Of a DNA stretch of 64,000 nt, positions 27,593 to 37,533 are shown piece after piece; positions within the stretch are counted from its first letter, which is position 1; each line of letters begins with the position of its first letter. The position numbers and the translations under genes were made by a program. This DNA is from Gemmatimonadaceae bacterium. GTDB lineage: Bacteria; Gemmatimonadota; Gemmatimonadetes; Gemmatimonadales; Gemmatimonadaceae. The stretch spans positions 7,853 to 71,852 of the forward strand of contig JBKJHG010000142.1 in assembly GCA_046599115.1 (NCBI GenBank). The letters are read 5' to 3'. Under the pieces are notes generated by a model. It made no database searches, had not been told where the DNA came from, and worked only from the letters and a program-made list of their open reading frames with translations.

Positions 27593-29196
27593 CTCGAGTC
27601 ACGCTGGTCGATGATCGCTGCCGTGAGAATGTGCCCGTCGAGTTTTTCGAGCGCCCTCACGTGAAGTATTGCCGCGAGCGTGGGAGCCATGTCCACCACT
27701 CTCGTGAACTCGGAGAATTGCCCCCGCCGGAACGGAGTTCCGTAGAAGATGATCGGGACGTGTGTGTCCGTGTCGTACGGTACGCCATGCTGCGCCTGGG
27801 TGTTGTTCCTGACATAGTCGTACGGCTCGGCCGTTATGACCAGCTCGACGCCGGAGCTTGCGTCGAACATATGCAGCCATCGACGCGCGACCGCGTCGCG
27901 GGTCGTATCCTGACGCGCCAAATCCCTTATCCGGTCGGCCCGAATGACACCCGGAACCTTGAGTACGTCCTTTCTGAATTCCGTGACGATTGAGTCCGGA
28001 TCGAGCCCGGCTCGTTTCAGCTCCGGCAGATCGAGCGTGAGTACGCCATCATCAACTGAGATCGGGTTGCCTCTTACTCCGCGTCGTTGGAGGGCAAGCC
28101 GGTATGAGTTTACGACCGGTCCCCAGTCTACGCGCCGCGCGCTCAGATTGGGATCATGGGCGTGAACTTCCGGAAACGGAGTCAGTCCGTGATCAGCGGT
28201 GAGTGCGATGACGACGCTACTCTTCTTGCGAATCTTGAATAGCGAATCGAAAAAGCCCCCCAGTGCACGATCAAGGCGGAGAATCTGATCGTGCATCTCG
28301 CGGGAGTCCGGACCGAACCGGTGACCGACCGCGTCTGTCGTGGATAGTGAAATTGCGAGAATGTCCGTCTCCGGACCCGCGCCTAAATTGAGCGCGTGAA
28401 CGCCACTGAGGGCGAGATCGAGCGTGACATCATCCATCCACGGGAAACCCGCCAGTAGCTGAGGGAGGAAAACCGTGTCGGCGGTGAGCACATGCGGAAA
28501 GGTGAACTCGCCTCCAGCGTCTTCGAGGGATACGCTGTCCGGTTCCGGGTACTGCGATTCCGGGAGCAACGGATTCCACGTTTTCCCCGCATACTGGAGA
28601 TAAGGCTTTCGCGCGTTGAACCGCTGCACCCACGTCGGAAGCGTATCAGCGTAGTACGTGCTCGTCGTAAAGAGCCCGTTGTGCGCATACCAGTACACTC
28701 CCCTTTTCGATCGCCCGATCGGGAGAATGGCCCCGCGATCCTTTCTGGAAACAGACAGCACCTTGGTACGCGGATCCTTCGCTGCTAGCCAGTCGGTAAG
28801 CGTCGTACCTTTGAAGCGGAACGGCGACGCCGCGGTATCGCCGGCGTCAATCAGAAACTCGGTCGTGTCGGTCACGCCGAATTTGTTCATCGAGATGCCG
28901 GTGTGCACCGGAAACCGGCCGGACATCGTTGATGCGTGGCCCGGCGCGGTTTCGGTAATCGCGTGATCCTGGTGCCCATTTGTGAACACCGCACCGCCGT
29001 GATAAAGCATCGCCAGTCCGCCGGTGAGCTGCCCGCCGAATCTTTCCAGATAGTCGGCCCTCATCGCATCTATGGTGAGGAATACGACAAGCCTCGGGGT
29101 GACAGTATCACGCGTCATCGGCGTCTGCGCGCCCGCCGAAACGGCGAGCGGCACACACGCTGCCGCCATCAGCACTGCGAACCCCAGTCGTCTCAT
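27589..29196 (-). CDS. alkaline phosphatase superfamily protein (PafA/PhoV-like)
   Basis: TIDAMR.DY, ETAPGHA (Thr nucleophile), SRKDRGAI, TDAVGH.FGP, TADHG, QHG. Confidence 0.88.
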   Translation of the reverse strand: MRRLGFAVLMAAACVPLAVSAGAQTPMTRDTVTPRLVVFLTIDAMRADYLERFGGQLTGGLAMLYHGGAVFTNGHQDHAITETAPGHASTMSGRFPVHTGISMNKFGVTDTTEFLIDAGDTAASPFRFKGTTLTDWLAAKDPRTKVLSVSRKDRGAILPIGRSKRGVYWYAHNGLFTTSTYYADTLPTWVQRFNARKPYLQYAGKTWNPLLPESQYPEPDSVSLEDAGGEFTFPHVLTADTVFLPQLLAGFPWMDDVTLDLALSGVHALNLGAGPETDILAISLSTTDAVGHRFGPDSREMHDQILRLDRALGGFFDSLFKIRKKSSVVIALTADHGLTPFPEVHAHDPNLSARRVDWGPVVNSYRLALQRRGVRGNPISVDDGVLTLDLPELKRAGLDPDSIVTEFRKDVLKVPGVIRADRIRDLARQDTTRDAVARRWLHMFDASSGVELVITAEPYDYVRNNTQAQHGVPYDTDTHVPIIFYGTPFRRGQFSEFTRVVDMAPTLAAILHVRALEKLDGHILTAAIIDQRDSR

Positions 29197-29221
29197 TCGA
29201 TTCAAGGCCTCAATAATGTCG

Positions 29222-29701
29222 CTAGTTGCATTGCGGCGGCGTGCCTGCCGGAAGGCCGAATGCGGTTGTGATGGCGATTCTCCATCCGGACGGCGTTTTT
29301 ACGAACACCCGTTCGGATACACCGCTCGCCGTCGTGTCGTGCTGTGTGACCGTATAACAATAGGTTCCGTACACCACACCCGGCGCGACGGGCACGAGCT
29401 TGAGATTTCGCGCGATCAGTGTGTCCGGCCAAGTTGAGTCGCGCCGCGCCCCCCAACCTTCGTACCCGAGCTCAAGTCCGGCCGGACCATTGCGGGCCAG
29501 CATTGGTGTATGCGCGTAGGTGGCCAGGTATGCCTCGCGATTGCGTTTATGAATCGCGTCGATGTTCGCCTCGAACAGTTGCCTTGCTTCCGCTGCGTCG
29601 TTCGCCCGCACCATCGACAGATTGCTCGCGGACGGCCCCACGCAAGCGGTTGTCATCGAGATAAGTGCAACTGCTGCGAAAACCTTTCTGATTATTTGCA
29701 T
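29222..29701 (-). CDS. NTF2-like / DUF4440 lipoprotein
   Basis: Signal peptide with TTAC, helix then beta meander ending RVFVKTPSGWRI. Confidence 0.7.
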   Translation of the reverse strand: MQIIRKVFAAVALISMTTACVGPSASNLSMVRANDAAEARQLFEANIDAIHKRNREAYLATYAHTPMLARNGPAGLELGYEGWGARRDSTWPDTLIARNLKLVPVAPGVVYGTYCYTVTQHDTTASGVSERVFVKTPSGWRIAITTAFGLPAGTPPQCN

Positions 29702-29759
29702 AGCGAGGGTTGGGAAGGGAGCCCATATCATATCTCCCGTTCCCGCCACCCGCGAGCGC

Positions 29760-30974
29760 TCACTCTTCTATAGAAGCGATCAGTTTCGCGACGCCGCGCT
29801 CGAGATCCGCGCGCGACATTACCAACGGAGGAAGTAAGCGAACCGTGTGATCTCCCGCCGTAAGAGTCAGCAGCTTGTTCGCCCATCCCTTCCGGACCAC
29901 CTCGGCAGCCGGTTCCACGACGTCGATCCCCCACATCATCCCTGCGCCGCGAACGGCCCGTACCCGCTTTGACTGTTCCGCAAACGCTCCGAGCCGCTCG
30001 CCAAGCCATTGTCCGTTCGCGCGCACTGTCGCCAGGAACCCAGGATCCGAAAGACGGCCCAGGACGTGTTTCGCTACCGATGCCACCAGCGGTCCGCCGC
30101 CGAATGTCGTGCCGTGCTCGCCAGCCTTCATCGCCGATCCGATCTCTTCCGTCAGCAGGACGGCACCCATCGGCAACCCTCCCGCCAATGGCTTTGCCAG
30201 CGTGATGATGTCAGGCACGACGTTGATGCGCTCGTACGCGAATAGATGCCCCGTCCGCCCCAGTCCGCACTGAATTTCGTCGAATATCAACGCAATGTTT
30301 TTCTTTTTCGTGAGCTCCCGCAGCTTGGCGAGAAATCCGGCGTCGAGAACGCGCACTCCACCTTCACCCTGCACTGGTTCGACGATGACAGCGGCAACCG
30401 TTTCCTCGTCGAGCGCGGCGGAGAGCTCGGTGAGATCACGCTCGCAAATCGAGATGCCGCCTGCAAGCGGGCGGAATGGTGCGCGATACGAAGGTCTGTC
30501 GGTTGCCGCGAGCGACGCGAACAGTCTCCCGTGAAAGCCCCCCCGCAACGCGACGATTTCCGTCTTTGCCGCGTTTCCCGTGCTGCGCGCCCACTTCCGG
30601 GCAAACTTGAACGCGCCTTCGTTTGCCTCAGCCCCCGAGTTGCAGAAGAAAACTTTTGAAGCGAAAGAGAGTCGGGTCAGCTCCGCCGCGAGCTCTTCGC
30701 CCGGATCCGTGCGGTAAAGATTTGAGGAGTGGATGAGCCCGGTGGCGAGGGCGTCCTTAATCGCGCGTTCAATACCCTTGTCGCCGTAACCGAGCGCGTT
30801 CACGCCGATACCGCTGACGAAATCCAGATAGCGATTTCCGGCGGCATCAATGAGCTCAACACCTTCGCCGCCAACGAACTTCATTGGCGCGCGTTTGTAA
30901 ACGCCTACCAGGTCCGTGGGCGCAGCCGTCGCTTTCTCGGCTGCTGTTTCGAGAGGAAGCGTGAGCGACGTCAT
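29760..30974 (-). CDS. argD: acetylornithine aminotransferase
   Basis: NSGAEANE, FHGR, EPVQGEGG, DEIQCGLGRTG, LAKPLAGG, HGTTFGG; arg cluster. Confidence 0.93.
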   Translation of the reverse strand: MTSLTLPLETAAEKATAAPTDLVGVYKRAPMKFVGGEGVELIDAAGNRYLDFVSGIGVNALGYGDKGIERAIKDALATGLIHSSNLYRTDPGEELAAELTRLSFASKVFFCNSGAEANEGAFKFARKWARSTGNAAKTEIVALRGGFHGRLFASLAATDRPSYRAPFRPLAGGISICERDLTELSAALDEETVAAVIVEPVQGEGGVRVLDAGFLAKLRELTKKKNIALIFDEIQCGLGRTGHLFAYERINVVPDIITLAKPLAGGLPMGAVLLTEEIGSAMKAGEHGTTFGGGPLVASVAKHVLGRLSDPGFLATVRANGQWLGERLGAFAEQSKRVRAVRGAGMMWGIDVVEPAAEVVRKGWANKLLTLTAGDHTVRLLPPLVMSRADLERGVAKLIASIEE

Positions 30975-31744
30975 ACCGCCCCCCGCTTCGCTGTCACGAT
31001 TGTTCCGCGCGATTCATCCATGATTCCTCCTATGTCCGATATTCGCACTTGCCGTACTCCACCGATAAGTGCTGTCTTCGCGGCATCAAGCTTTGCCGTC
31101 ATCCCGCCACTCACAATTCCCTTTCCAATGAGATCTCCCACATCACCGAGACTCACCTCGCTGATGACTGCATCTCCGTTCTTCACGCCCGGTACATCGG
31201 CGACAAAGAGAAGCTCGTCCGCCTCGACGCCGATTGCTATCGCTGCGGCAGCGTCGTCGCCGTTTACGTTCAAGGCCCCTTCGGCCGAGGGCTCGGCGTC
31301 GCTCCCGACGGGTGATATCACCGGCATGTATCCGCTGGCGATCAGACTCTTGAGCAGCTCCGCGTTAACGCTCTCCGGCGCTCCCACCGAGCCCAGCTCA
31401 TACAGGCCATCTCCTTCTCTTCCCCTTCGCGCAGAAATGAGCATTCCGTCTTCGCCCGACAATCCGACCGCCTTGGTTCCCGCTTTCGTAAAGGCGCTCA
31501 CCAACCGCTTGTTGATGACACCGGAAAGAACCATCCGCAGCAGCTGAATGTCGTCCGCCGTCGTAACCCGCCGGCCGTTCACGAATGAGGGAGTCTTTCC
31601 CAGCGCCACCTGCAGCGCGGTGATCTCATCGCCTCCCCCGTGAACAACGCACAGATTTCCGCCCGCTTTCGTCCACGCGTCGTGGATCGCACGGGGAAGA
31701 ATTGCATCGTTCTGCGCTCTTCCGCCCAGCTTGACCACCCGCAT
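30971..31744 (-). CDS. argB: acetylglutamate kinase
   Basis: VVKLGG, VVHGGG, GRRVT, LNVNGD, SGGM.AK. Confidence 0.92.
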   Translation of the reverse strand: MRVVKLGGRAQNDAILPRAIHDAWTKAGGNLCVVHGGGDEITALQVALGKTPSFVNGRRVTTADDIQLLRMVLSGVINKRLVSAFTKAGTKAVGLSGEDGMLISARRGREGDGLYELGSVGAPESVNAELLKSLIASGYMPVISPVGSDAEPSAEGALNVNGDDAAAAIAIGVEADELLFVADVPGVKNGDAVISEVSLGDVGDLIGKGIVSGGMTAKLDAAKTALIGGVRQVRISDIGGIMDESRGTIVTAKRGAV

Positions 31745-32703
31745 CACGCTGTCAAACCCACGGGCTCATCGATACCGAGCATCAAGTTGGCGTTCTGCAC
31801 TGCCTGGCCCGCTGCCCCCTTCACGAGATTGTCGATCGCCGTTATGACGATGAGCGTTGGATGTCTTACGCCCTCGGCCTTGCTGACGCTGATCGCAGCG
31901 GAGTTCGTCCGCACAACATCGCGAAGCGCCGGCGAGGAATCGACGACGCGCACAAAGCGCTCGCCGGCATAGAATGACCGCCAGAGATCTGCGGGGTCGT
32001 CGTCGATGCTGCTAACTGGAACGGTGATCGTCGCGAGAATTCCGCGCGCGACCGGAAGGAGGTGGGGAGTGAAGAGCACGTCAACATCACCACCAAGCCG
32101 GGTCACGATTGAGCGAACCTCCGCCAGATGACGATGTCCATTTCCGACCGCGTAGGCGCGAAAGTTTTCCGCCACCTCGCCGAATAGGAGCTCCGGTTTC
32201 GGAGAATACCCCGCCCCAGTCACCCCGCTCGACGCCGCAACACCCACTGTCGAGCCAGCCGGTATCCGGCCCGCGGACAATAGAGGCGCGAGCGCGAGCA
32301 GCATTCCGGTCGGATAGCACCCTGGGTTCGCGACAACCTGCGCGCCTTTTATGTCGGCGCGAAACAGCTCGGGCAGGCCATACGGTATGCCCTCCGGCCC
32401 CGTTCCTGGGCGGAGATCCTGGGAGAGATCGACCACCCGCGCACCGGCCGATTTCGATCTCTCCACCCACACGCTAGACGCACCGTGCGGCAGCGCCGAA
32501 AAGATTAGTTCCGCTTTTTCCAGTGGCGCGTCGTCAGTGGCCGTGAAAATCACATCCTCTCCACCGAATGTCGCACGCTGCCCGCGCTGTTCGTTGGCGG
32601 TGGCAAAGGCGAGTGAGAGCTGCGGGTGCTTCGCGACTAGCTCGCACAGCTCCCTGCCCGCGTATCCGCTCGCCCCCAGAACTCCGACTGGAATATTATG
32701 CAT
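31744..32703 (-). CDS. argC: N-acetyl-gamma-glutamyl-phosphate reductase
   Basis: GASGYAG, ALPHG, ANPGCYPT, SGVTGAG, DNLVKGAAGQAVQN. Confidence 0.95.
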   Translation of the reverse strand: MHNIPVGVLGASGYAGRELCELVAKHPQLSLAFATANEQRGQRATFGGEDVIFTATDDAPLEKAELIFSALPHGASSVWVERSKSAGARVVDLSQDLRPGTGPEGIPYGLPELFRADIKGAQVVANPGCYPTGMLLALAPLLSAGRIPAGSTVGVAASSGVTGAGYSPKPELLFGEVAENFRAYAVGNGHRHLAEVRSIVTRLGGDVDVLFTPHLLPVARGILATITVPVSSIDDDPADLWRSFYAGERFVRVVDSSPALRDVVRTNSAAISVSKAEGVRHPTLIVITAIDNLVKGAAGQAVQNANLMLGIDEPVGLTA

Positions 32704-32716
32704 AATTAATGCATAA
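32696..32716. promoter_or_regulatory. ARG-box-like palindrome overlapping the argC start codon
   Basis: TTATGCAT-AATTA-ATGCATAA perfect 8-5-8 inverted repeat in an AT-rich patch. Confidence 0.6.
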
Positions 32717-32842
32717 CGTTACACGAATGTTCTTGCCTTCGCCAGCGGTCCTTCCCTCAAAGCGTTAGAAATGGCGCTACGGCGGTGGCTCCCGGGGCCG
32801 AACCTGGGTAAACTGAGAGAACCTCTCAACCCCAATTCTCCG

Positions 32843-33310
32843 ATGGCCAACAAGCGGGAGCGGCACGACACCATTCTCGAGATCATCGCCGACCGTGTGG
32901 TGAGCAGCCAGGAAGATCTTCGGAAGATGCTCCTGCAGAGGGGCTGGGACGTAACGCAGGCTACTCTCTCCCGCGACTTGCGCGAGCTCCGGCTCGCACG
33001 CGTACCGACCGCCGATGGCGCCCGATACGGCGTAACCGATGGCAGCGTCGAGGAGAGTCGCGCCGCCCTCGAGACTCTCCTGCCGCAGCTCTTTCTGCGC
33101 GTGGACGGCGCCAGCGAGATGCTTGTTCTCCGCACCGTGCCAGGGGGCGCCCAGCCCATTGCCGCCGCTCTCGACGGCGAGGGCTGGTCCGACATCCTCG
33201 GCACGGTCGGCGGCGACGATACGATTCTGATCATTTGCCGGTCCGTCGCCGCGCGCGACCGCGTGATGCGCCGCATCAGAGCGCTCGCTGGTGAACCCGA
33301 CAGCCATTGA
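32843..33310 (+). CDS. argR: arginine repressor
   Basis: SQEDL, VTQATLSRDLREL, LRTVPGGA, ILGTVGGDDTI. Confidence 0.95.
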   Translation: MANKRERHDTILEIIADRVVSSQEDLRKMLLQRGWDVTQATLSRDLRELRLARVPTADGARYGVTDGSVEESRAALETLLPQLFLRVDGASEMLVLRTVPGGAQPIAAALDGEGWSDILGTVGGDDTILIICRSVAARDRVMRRIRALAGEPDSH

Positions 33311-33323
33311 CGGAGAGCGATTT

Positions 33324-33362
33324 TGTGATTAAATATTCGCTCTTATTGCATACTTATTGACA
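33324..33362. promoter_or_regulatory. tandem ARG boxes upstream of argG
   Basis: TGTGATTAAATATTCGCT-ctt-ATTGCATACTTATTGACA: two 18-bp boxes separated by 3 bp, matching wnTGMATwwwwATKCAnw. Confidence 0.8.
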
Positions 33363-33363
33363 G

Positions 33364-33396
33364 ACCTATGATCAAGACCACCTATGATCAAGACCA
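33364..33396 (+). repeat. 16-bp tandem duplication spanning the argG start
   Basis: ACCTATGATCAAGACC x2, exact. Confidence 0.9.
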
Positions 33397-34646
33397 TCGC
33401 TCTCGCGTATTCCGGCGGACTCGACACATCAATCATCGTCCCCTGGCTCAAGGAACGGTACGATGCGCGCGTCATTTGCGTCGCCGCAGACATCGGGCAG
33501 GGAGATGAGCTCGAGGGCGTCCGCGCCAAAGCCATCGCCTCCGGCGCCGACGAGTGTTACGTGGAAGATCTTCGCCGGGAATTCGTCGAGAATTTCGTGT
33601 GGCCGACCCTCCGCGCCGGCGCCATCTATGGTCGCAAGTACCTGCTCGGTACCTCGATGGGGCGTCCGCTCATCGCGCGCCGCCAGGTGGAAGTCGCGAA
33701 GAAGGTGGGGGCCGACGCCCTCGCTCACGGCTGCACCGGAAAGGGCAACGACCAGGTCCGGTTCGAGCTCACCTACGCCGCGTTTGCACCCGAGCTGCCG
33801 ATCATCGCTCCGTGGCGCGAATGGGACATTCGCTCACGCGAGGACGCCATCGCGTACGCGGAGCAGCACGGGATTCCTGTCGCCGCGACGAGGGAGAAGA
33901 TCTACTCGCGCGATCGGAATATCTGGCACATCTCCCACGAAGGAGGCGTGCTCGAGAATCCGGATGCTGCTCCGCCTTCCGACTTGTTCATGCTGAGCGC
34001 CGATCCAACCAAAGCTCCCGACAAGCCGGAAGAAATACTCATCGGTTTCGAAGCTGGCACGCCCGTCTCCGTGAACGGAGAGAAAATGGAATCCGTTGCT
34101 CTCCTCACCGCGCTCAATGAGATCGGGGGGCGGCACGGCGTCGGACGCATTGATATCGTCGAAGACCGGCTCGTCGGTATGAAGTCCCGCGGCGTTTACG
34201 AAACACCGGGCGGAACACTTCTATATAGCGCGCACAGCGAACTCGAGCAGATGGTGCTCGATCGCCGCACGCTCGCCGCCAAGGACGAGATCGCGCCGCA
34301 TTACGCGGACATTGTGTACGAAGGTCGCTGGTGGAGCACCGAGCGCGAGGCGTATGATGCATTCGTGAACGTCACGCAGAAGCGCATCACAGGCGAAGTT
34401 CGACTTCGTCTCTTCAAGGGATCAGTTGCGCCCATCGGGCGAAAGAGCCGCTACGCGCTTTATGACGAGCGTTTCGTGACATTCGGCGAGGACGACGTTT
34501 ACCAGCAGAGCGACGCGGCCGGGTTCATCCGCCTCTACGGCTTGCCGACGAGAGTTCGGGCGCTGCGCGACCAGGAGCTGGCAGGCGGAAGCGATTCCGT
34601 TTCCCCGCCGGGCTCCGGCGAGCCGGCCACGCTCGCCACCGTCTGA
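33384..34646 (+). CDS. argG: argininosuccinate synthase
   Basis: [33 protein letters not shown]. Confidence 0.97.
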   Translation: MIKTIALAYSGGLDTSIIVPWLKERYDARVICVAADIGQGDELEGVRAKAIASGADECYVEDLRREFVENFVWPTLRAGAIYGRKYLLGTSMGRPLIARRQVEVAKKVGADALAHGCTGKGNDQVRFELTYAAFAPELPIIAPWREWDIRSREDAIAYAEQHGIPVAATREKIYSRDRNIWHISHEGGVLENPDAAPPSDLFMLSADPTKAPDKPEEILIGFEAGTPVSVNGEKMESVALLTALNEIGGRHGVGRIDIVEDRLVGMKSRGVYETPGGTLLYSAHSELEQMVLDRRTLAAKDEIAPHYADIVYEGRWWSTEREAYDAFVNVTQKRITGEVRLRLFKGSVAPIGRKSRYALYDERFVTFGEDDVYQQSDAAGFIRLYGLPTRVRALRDQELAGGSDSVSPPGSGEPATLATV

Positions 34647-34659
34647 CGCATTTGTCTCG

Positions 34660-36063
34660 ATGAGCGCCCCGGAAGGACACAAGCTCTGGGGCGGTCGGTT
34701 TGCGTCGCCGACCGCAGCCGCCTTGGACGCGCTGAACAGATCGATCGGTGTCGATTTCCGGCTCTGGCCGTTCGACATTCGCCTCTCGCGCGCGTGGGCG
34801 CTCGCGCTCCGCGAGGCTGGGGTGCTCACCGCGTCCGAATCGGACGCCATTCGCAGCGGGCTCGATGCCGTTGCGAAGAGAATCGGTAGTGGCGAGATCG
34901 TAGATCCGCAGGACGAGGACGTCCATACGCTCATTGATCGCCTGCTTCACGATGCGGCCGGAGACGTTGCGTCCAAGCTCCATACAGGTCGGAGTCGCAA
35001 CGACCAGGTTGCGACCGGAACACGCCTCTGGTGCGCTGCCGCGTGCGAGGATGTTGAGGCGGCCATCCGTCAGCTGCAGGTGACGCTCGTCGGCCACGCG
35101 GAGAAACTCGGCGCCACGATGATGCCCGCCTATACGCACCTTCAGCGCGCCCAGCCTGTACTCGCCTCGCACTGGATGCTCGCGCATTTCTGGTCGCTTC
35201 AGCGCGATGTCACGAGAATTTCGGCGGCGCGCGCCGCTGCGCTCGTTCTCCCTCTTGGATCCGGCGCCATCGCCGGCTCGGCTTTCGCCGTTCCGCGCGA
35301 TCTTCTTCGCCAAGAGCTGGGATTCTCTCGAGTGTCCGACAACAGCATCGATGCCGTCGGTGATCGCGACTTCGTAGCGGATGCTCTGTTTGCCGTGACT
35401 ATGGTCGCGACTCATCTCTCGAGACTCGCCGAAGATCTGATCATCTTCGGGTCGAGCGAGTTCGGATTCGTTCGTTTCGGGGACACATTCTCTACTGGCT
35501 CGAGTATGATGCCGCAGAAGCGTAACCCCGACGCACTTGAGCTCGCGCGCGGCTCGGCCGCCCGCGCCGGCGGCGATCTATACACGGTGCTCGCCACGCT
35601 GAAGGGACTTCCAAGTGGGTACAACAAGGACCTTCAGGAAGACAAGCGCGCGCTATTCGACGCAGTTGATATGATTCGCCTTGTTCTCGCGGCCGTCGAT
35701 GGCGCTGTTGCCGAGCTTCGTTTCGACGGTGAGAGAATGAAAGCCGCGTTGTCGAGCGGCTTGATGGCGACCGATCTCGCCGACTATCTCGTTACCAAGG
35801 GCGTTTCTTTCCGCGACGCGCACACCGCTGTTGGCTCTCTCGTCAGAGAGAGCGAGGACGCCGGCTGCGAGCTCTCTGCCCTTCCCTCCTCGTCCTTCCG
35901 GTCCGCCCATGCGCTTTTCGGCGACGATGCAACGGATTGGCTCGGCGCGGAGATGTCGCTGTCGCGCCGTGAGATTCCGGGAGGCACCGGTCCGGATTCA
36001 GTGCGGCAACAAATCGGTGCGGCGCGCAACATACTGAACGCCGCCGAGCTGGAGTCTCGCTAG
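34660..36063 (+). CDS. argH: argininosuccinate lyase
   Basis: KLWGGRF, LHTGRSRNDQV, YTHLQRAQP, GSSMMPQKRNPD. Confidence 0.97.
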   Translation: MSAPEGHKLWGGRFASPTAAALDALNRSIGVDFRLWPFDIRLSRAWALALREAGVLTASESDAIRSGLDAVAKRIGSGEIVDPQDEDVHTLIDRLLHDAAGDVASKLHTGRSRNDQVATGTRLWCAAACEDVEAAIRQLQVTLVGHAEKLGATMMPAYTHLQRAQPVLASHWMLAHFWSLQRDVTRISAARAAALVLPLGSGAIAGSAFAVPRDLLRQELGFSRVSDNSIDAVGDRDFVADALFAVTMVATHLSRLAEDLIIFGSSEFGFVRFGDTFSTGSSMMPQKRNPDALELARGSAARAGGDLYTVLATLKGLPSGYNKDLQEDKRALFDAVDMIRLVLAAVDGAVAELRFDGERMKAALSSGLMATDLADYLVTKGVSFRDAHTAVGSLVRESEDAGCELSALPSSSFRSAHALFGDDATDWLGAEMSLSRREIPGGTGPDSVRQQIGAARNILNAAELESR

Positions 36064-36590
36064 AACAGAAAGCCGACCACCACAGGGACGTAGCGAAGCG
36101 GCTTCGCCGGTGTCTGCTGGATGCTGTTGATGCGCGACTCCACGTACACCGCTCTCCCTGCCAGCGGCAGCGTTACCCCGAACCCAAAATCAAATCCGAA
36201 TCTCGTCTTTGAATTCGGAACGGCGGGTTTTGATGTCATCTTGAAAGCCCCTGCCCCGCCGACGAAGTAGGGCTTCACGAAGCGTCCCGAAAAACTCAGC
36301 ACGAGGTTGGCCGTACCTGAAACGATCGTGCGTTCCGGGGCGACTGTGGTGCCGACTCTTTTCCCATTCATCCGATCATACCCGAAATCGAGCCGGAGAC
36401 CGAACGGAGCGTCATCCGATCCGCGAATGAGCCCGATGTTGTAGTCCATTCCTCGCAATTGAGTGTCGGCGAGCCTGGCGAGGGGGAAGGAAGGGCCGGC
36501 GGCGATGGCGATTGCGGTGCGGCTTTGCGCCGAAACGACGGCAGGAAAAAGGATGGCGGCGATGAATACAATTCTGCGTGCGAGTCTCAT
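36060..36590 (-). CDS. outer membrane beta-barrel protein
   Basis: Signal peptide, amphipathic strands, KPYFVGGAG, C-terminal Phe. Confidence 0.8.
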   Translation of the reverse strand: MRLARRIVFIAAILFPAVVSAQSRTAIAIAAGPSFPLARLADTQLRGMDYNIGLIRGSDDAPFGLRLDFGYDRMNGKRVGTTVAPERTIVSGTANLVLSFSGRFVKPYFVGGAGAFKMTSKPAVPNSKTRFGFDFGFGVTLPLAGRAVYVESRINSIQQTPAKPLRYVPVVVGFLF

Positions 36591-36676
36591 GGAGCGATTC
36601 TATTGGGTTGGAGCTGCAAGAGGTAGTGGCGGTGCGAGGAAACCTTTGTAATTGCCGAGAGGGGCGAGAGATGTAG

Positions 36677-36708
36677 ATTAATTAACCTTTATATAAAGGA
36701 TAATTAAT
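36677..36708. promoter_or_regulatory. 32-bp AT-rich near-perfect palindrome (putative operator)
   Basis: ATTAATTAACCTTTATATAAAGGATAATTAAT, 15 of 16 pairs complementary, ends on the ATG at 36707. Confidence 0.7.
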
Positions 36709-37093
36709 GGCCCGCGGATATACTGTTGCAACTGCTGCACTTGCGGTTGGTGCGCCCGTCAAGTGGGTGGACAATGTCTTGTCCCACTTCTCAATCGGCG
36801 GTGTCGCTCAATCCCGGCAGGGAATCGCCCGACGAATTTCCGCCGAGGCGATGTTTCGGCTGCGGGTCATCCGCAGCCTCTCGGAGTTGCTCGGCTTGCC
36901 GATGGAGCTCGCCGTCGCAGGAGCAGAAGAGCTTGTCCAAAAGGGCTTTTGGGAGGTGGGGAGGGGGTTGGTGGTTTCTCTGAGCCGGGAGGAGGCTCTG
37001 TCTGATCTCGAATCCCGTCTTGAGTACGCAGTCGAGGCTGCGCCACTGCCAAGGCGAGGGAGGCCCCCTGGAAAAGCAAAACGGGGCGCCTGA
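36707..37093 (+). CDS. hypothetical putative DNA-binding protein
   Basis: YTVATAALAVGAPVKWVDN (MerR/excisionase-like HTH start), C-terminal PRRGRPP; AAGGA RBS. Confidence 0.65.
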   Translation: MARGYTVATAALAVGAPVKWVDNVLSHFSIGGVAQSRQGIARRISAEAMFRLRVIRSLSELLGLPMELAVAGAEELVQKGFWEVGRGLVVSLSREEALSDLESRLEYAVEAAPLPRRGRPPGKAKRGA

Positions 37094-37106
37094 TCAAGGC
37101 GCCCCG
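37082..37106. terminator. hairpin between convergent genes
   Basis: CGGGGCGCC / GGCGCCCCG stem flanked by A runs (T tract on minus strand, after csp). Confidence 0.7.
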
Positions 37107-37134
37107 CAAAGTGCTGGTGAGAAACGAAAACCGT

Positions 37135-37344
37135 TTAGCTGGCCTTCGTCACGTTCTCTGCTGCGGGGCCCTTCTGGCCCTCGACAATGTCGAACTCAAC
37201 AGCGTCGCCCTCGGCGAGGGACTTGAATCCCGAGCCAGCGATCGCGCTGTAGTGAACGAAGCAATCCTTCTGCCCGTTGTCGGGGGTGATGAACCCAAAG
37301 CCCTTCGCATCATTGAACCACTTCACCTTGCCGGTCGTACGCAT
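37135..37344 (-). CDS. cspA: cold-shock protein
   Basis: [32 protein letters not shown]; AGGAG RBS before ATG 37344. Confidence 0.95.
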   Translation of the reverse strand: MRTTGKVKWFNDAKGFGFITPDNGQKDCFVHYSAIAGSGFKSLAEGDAVEFDIVEGQKGPAAENVTKAS

Positions 37345-37533
37345 TCCCTGCTCCTGGTAAAAATGTCTCGGGAGCGGAACTACGCCCGACCCTCGACAAT
37401 CTGTTACGCAAAGCACAACGCCTCGCGCTTGAATAGAACAAAAGTGCTGCCGAAGGTATTTCTCTCCGACACGCGCATTCGTTCGACTAGCCCTTAAAAT
37501 AGTGCCGACCCCTCAGAGGTACAATAGAGAAGA

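Noticed and set aside
36677-36708. Palindrome as a dif (XerCD) site
   Set aside because: No TTATGTTAAAT-like XerD arm, and the region appears origin-proximal
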